Below the pieces are notes generated by a model, which did no database searches, had not been told where the DNA came from, and worked only from the letters and a program-made list of their open reading frames with translations. Made by a program: the position numbers and the translations under genes. Shown piece after piece: positions 62,431 to 64,000 of a stretch of 64,000 nt of DNA. This DNA comes from Octopus bimaculoides. Lineage: Eukaryota. Each line of letters begins with the position of its first letter. Position 1 is the stretch's first letter. The DNA is taken from the NCBI RefSeq assembly GCF_001194135.2, contig NC_068991.1, forward strand, positions 39,146,320 to 39,210,319. The letters are read 5' to 3'.

Positions 62431-64000
62431 CATAAATTTTTCGCATTCAGAAGGGCATCCAGCCATAGAAATCATGCCACAACAGACAATTGGAGCCTGG
62501 TCAGCTCCTATCAAACCATTCAATCTATGCCAGCATGGAAAACAGATGTTAAACAATGATGATGATGATAATGATGAAGATTGTTTTGAATTAATCATGT
62601 ATTATCTCATAGCTTCAAAATTTTGATGATGTGACTGTTTATTTTTAGAATGACATTGTAGGGTAGATGTGAGAGGCCAAATCTAACCATTTTGAACACG
62701 AAATAGGTTGACTGTTTGGGCCAGATATGGCTGGTTTAAATGCTAAAGGATTAAATCCCACCTTCTATCATCAGAGAAAAAAAATCTAGTAAAAATGGTG
62801 ACAAACTTGAGAAGTCCTTAAACGAGTGCCCATGTAAGTCAGCTAATCACTGTTCACATCAACTGATCAGTTGGTAGGAGAGGTCAGAAAGAGGCTTCAA
62901 ATCCTGTATACTCAAAGAAGGAGTAGTAAACTGTGCTGTAAACTAATAAGTGTTGTGTTAGTTCTCAGTCTCAAGTTCAAATCCTTCTCTGTACAAAAGC
63001 TTATCCAGGATAATAGTTCTCAAAACCAGTTAATATGAAAAGATCTAAGATAAACTCCATCATGGGAGATAAGTACAAGTGTCGGAGAAAAATCTTGTCC
63101 AAAGTTCAATCTATAGCCCTGTTGAAACGTTTCCATTGGTTAACTGGAGCATCAATGAAAGCTCCATCTTTGTTAATGTGAGCTAATTTGGCAAATGTGA
63201 GTTGATTCTTTTCCAAGTTAATGGTTAATAAATGAAGGCCAAATATGGAAGCTGGCATGACTTGGTGGTTAAGAGGTTTGCTTTACAACCACATTATTTT
63301 AGGTTCAATCCCACAGATTGGTATACTAGGTAAGTAATGTATTCTACTATAACCTTAGATTGATCAATGCCTTCTTAGTGAAATTTAGTACAAGGAAACT
63401 ATGTAGAAGCCCATTGTGTGTGCTTATGTATTTGCATATATCTCTTTTGTCAATGTATATCTGTGAAAGACAGACACTTCAGTGAGAAAATAAATGAGTA
63501 ATCAAATGAAAATACTGTGGTATTTATTCTGGCTAAGTTGTTCAGACATTCCCTTGTTCCACTTACCATAAGAAATGTCATGAAGTTGCATCTTGGAGAT
63601 TTGTATCCTATTGCTTACAAAATGCATGATATTGTACTAACGCCGTGCGCATGCGTAGTCTCACGCATGTGTGGAATTCAACAAGCAAGCTTTCCCGTTT
63701 AATTCTGTCTCTTTCTTGCTGGCCAGTGATTGAGCATGGACGTGTTTAGCTGTCTCTCACCATCTTTCGGACTTACGGTCGACAGCTCGCTTACATCTAC
63801 ATACCAAACGTCCCAAACACAATGCTCACACACACAGAAGCTGTAACAACAAACAAGAGCTAAAGATGTATATATTTACCACCTGAATAAATGTTGTTTA
63901 AGTTGGTAGTCTGGAGTTCAGCATTCCGTTTAATTTCTAATTTTATATAGGAAAGTCAGGTATACATCTAATGATGTATAACCCACTTTCCTATAATATA

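Noticed and set aside
63100-63220. Short minus-strand frame NLEKNQLTFAKLAHINKDGAFID as the missing EKAYAK calpain exon
   Set aside because: It does not match EFWSALLEKAYAK, there are no fitting splice sites and it ends in a stop.

Overview
Eukaryotic, AT-rich, repeat-dense genomic window with three N gaps (684-860, 11558-11881, 57095-57830). The SINE, MITE and microsatellite landscape looks like an octopus/cephalopod scaffold; that is pattern recognition, not verified. Two host genes are supported, both on the minus strand. (1) The 3' two-thirds of a classical calpain (CysPc, C2-like/CBSW, penta-EF-hand). I rebuilt it by hand as 15 phase-consistent GT-AG exons from 58510 to 30033, giving 1540 nt and about 512 aa. 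One intron (44053-41092) has a textbook U12 minor-spliceosome signature. The catalytic-Cys exons were not found in the window. (2) A p24/TMED (gamma-type) gene with an intronless CDS at 8698-9399, with UPRE/CCACG-like motifs upstream. The rest is mobile DNA: a Penelope GIY-YIG fragment, four same-orientation R4/Dong-like retrotransposon fragments stacked in (TAA)n (one with a 56-bp fold-back end, one split by a Tigger-like MITE), RTE and CR1 fragments, a full-length decayed mariner, TTAA-flanked piggyBac-like MITEs (one nested in another), several modular SINE families and a tRNA-Glu pseudogene. I found no clear evidence of a wholly new multi-gene system; the best leads are ranked in the findings.
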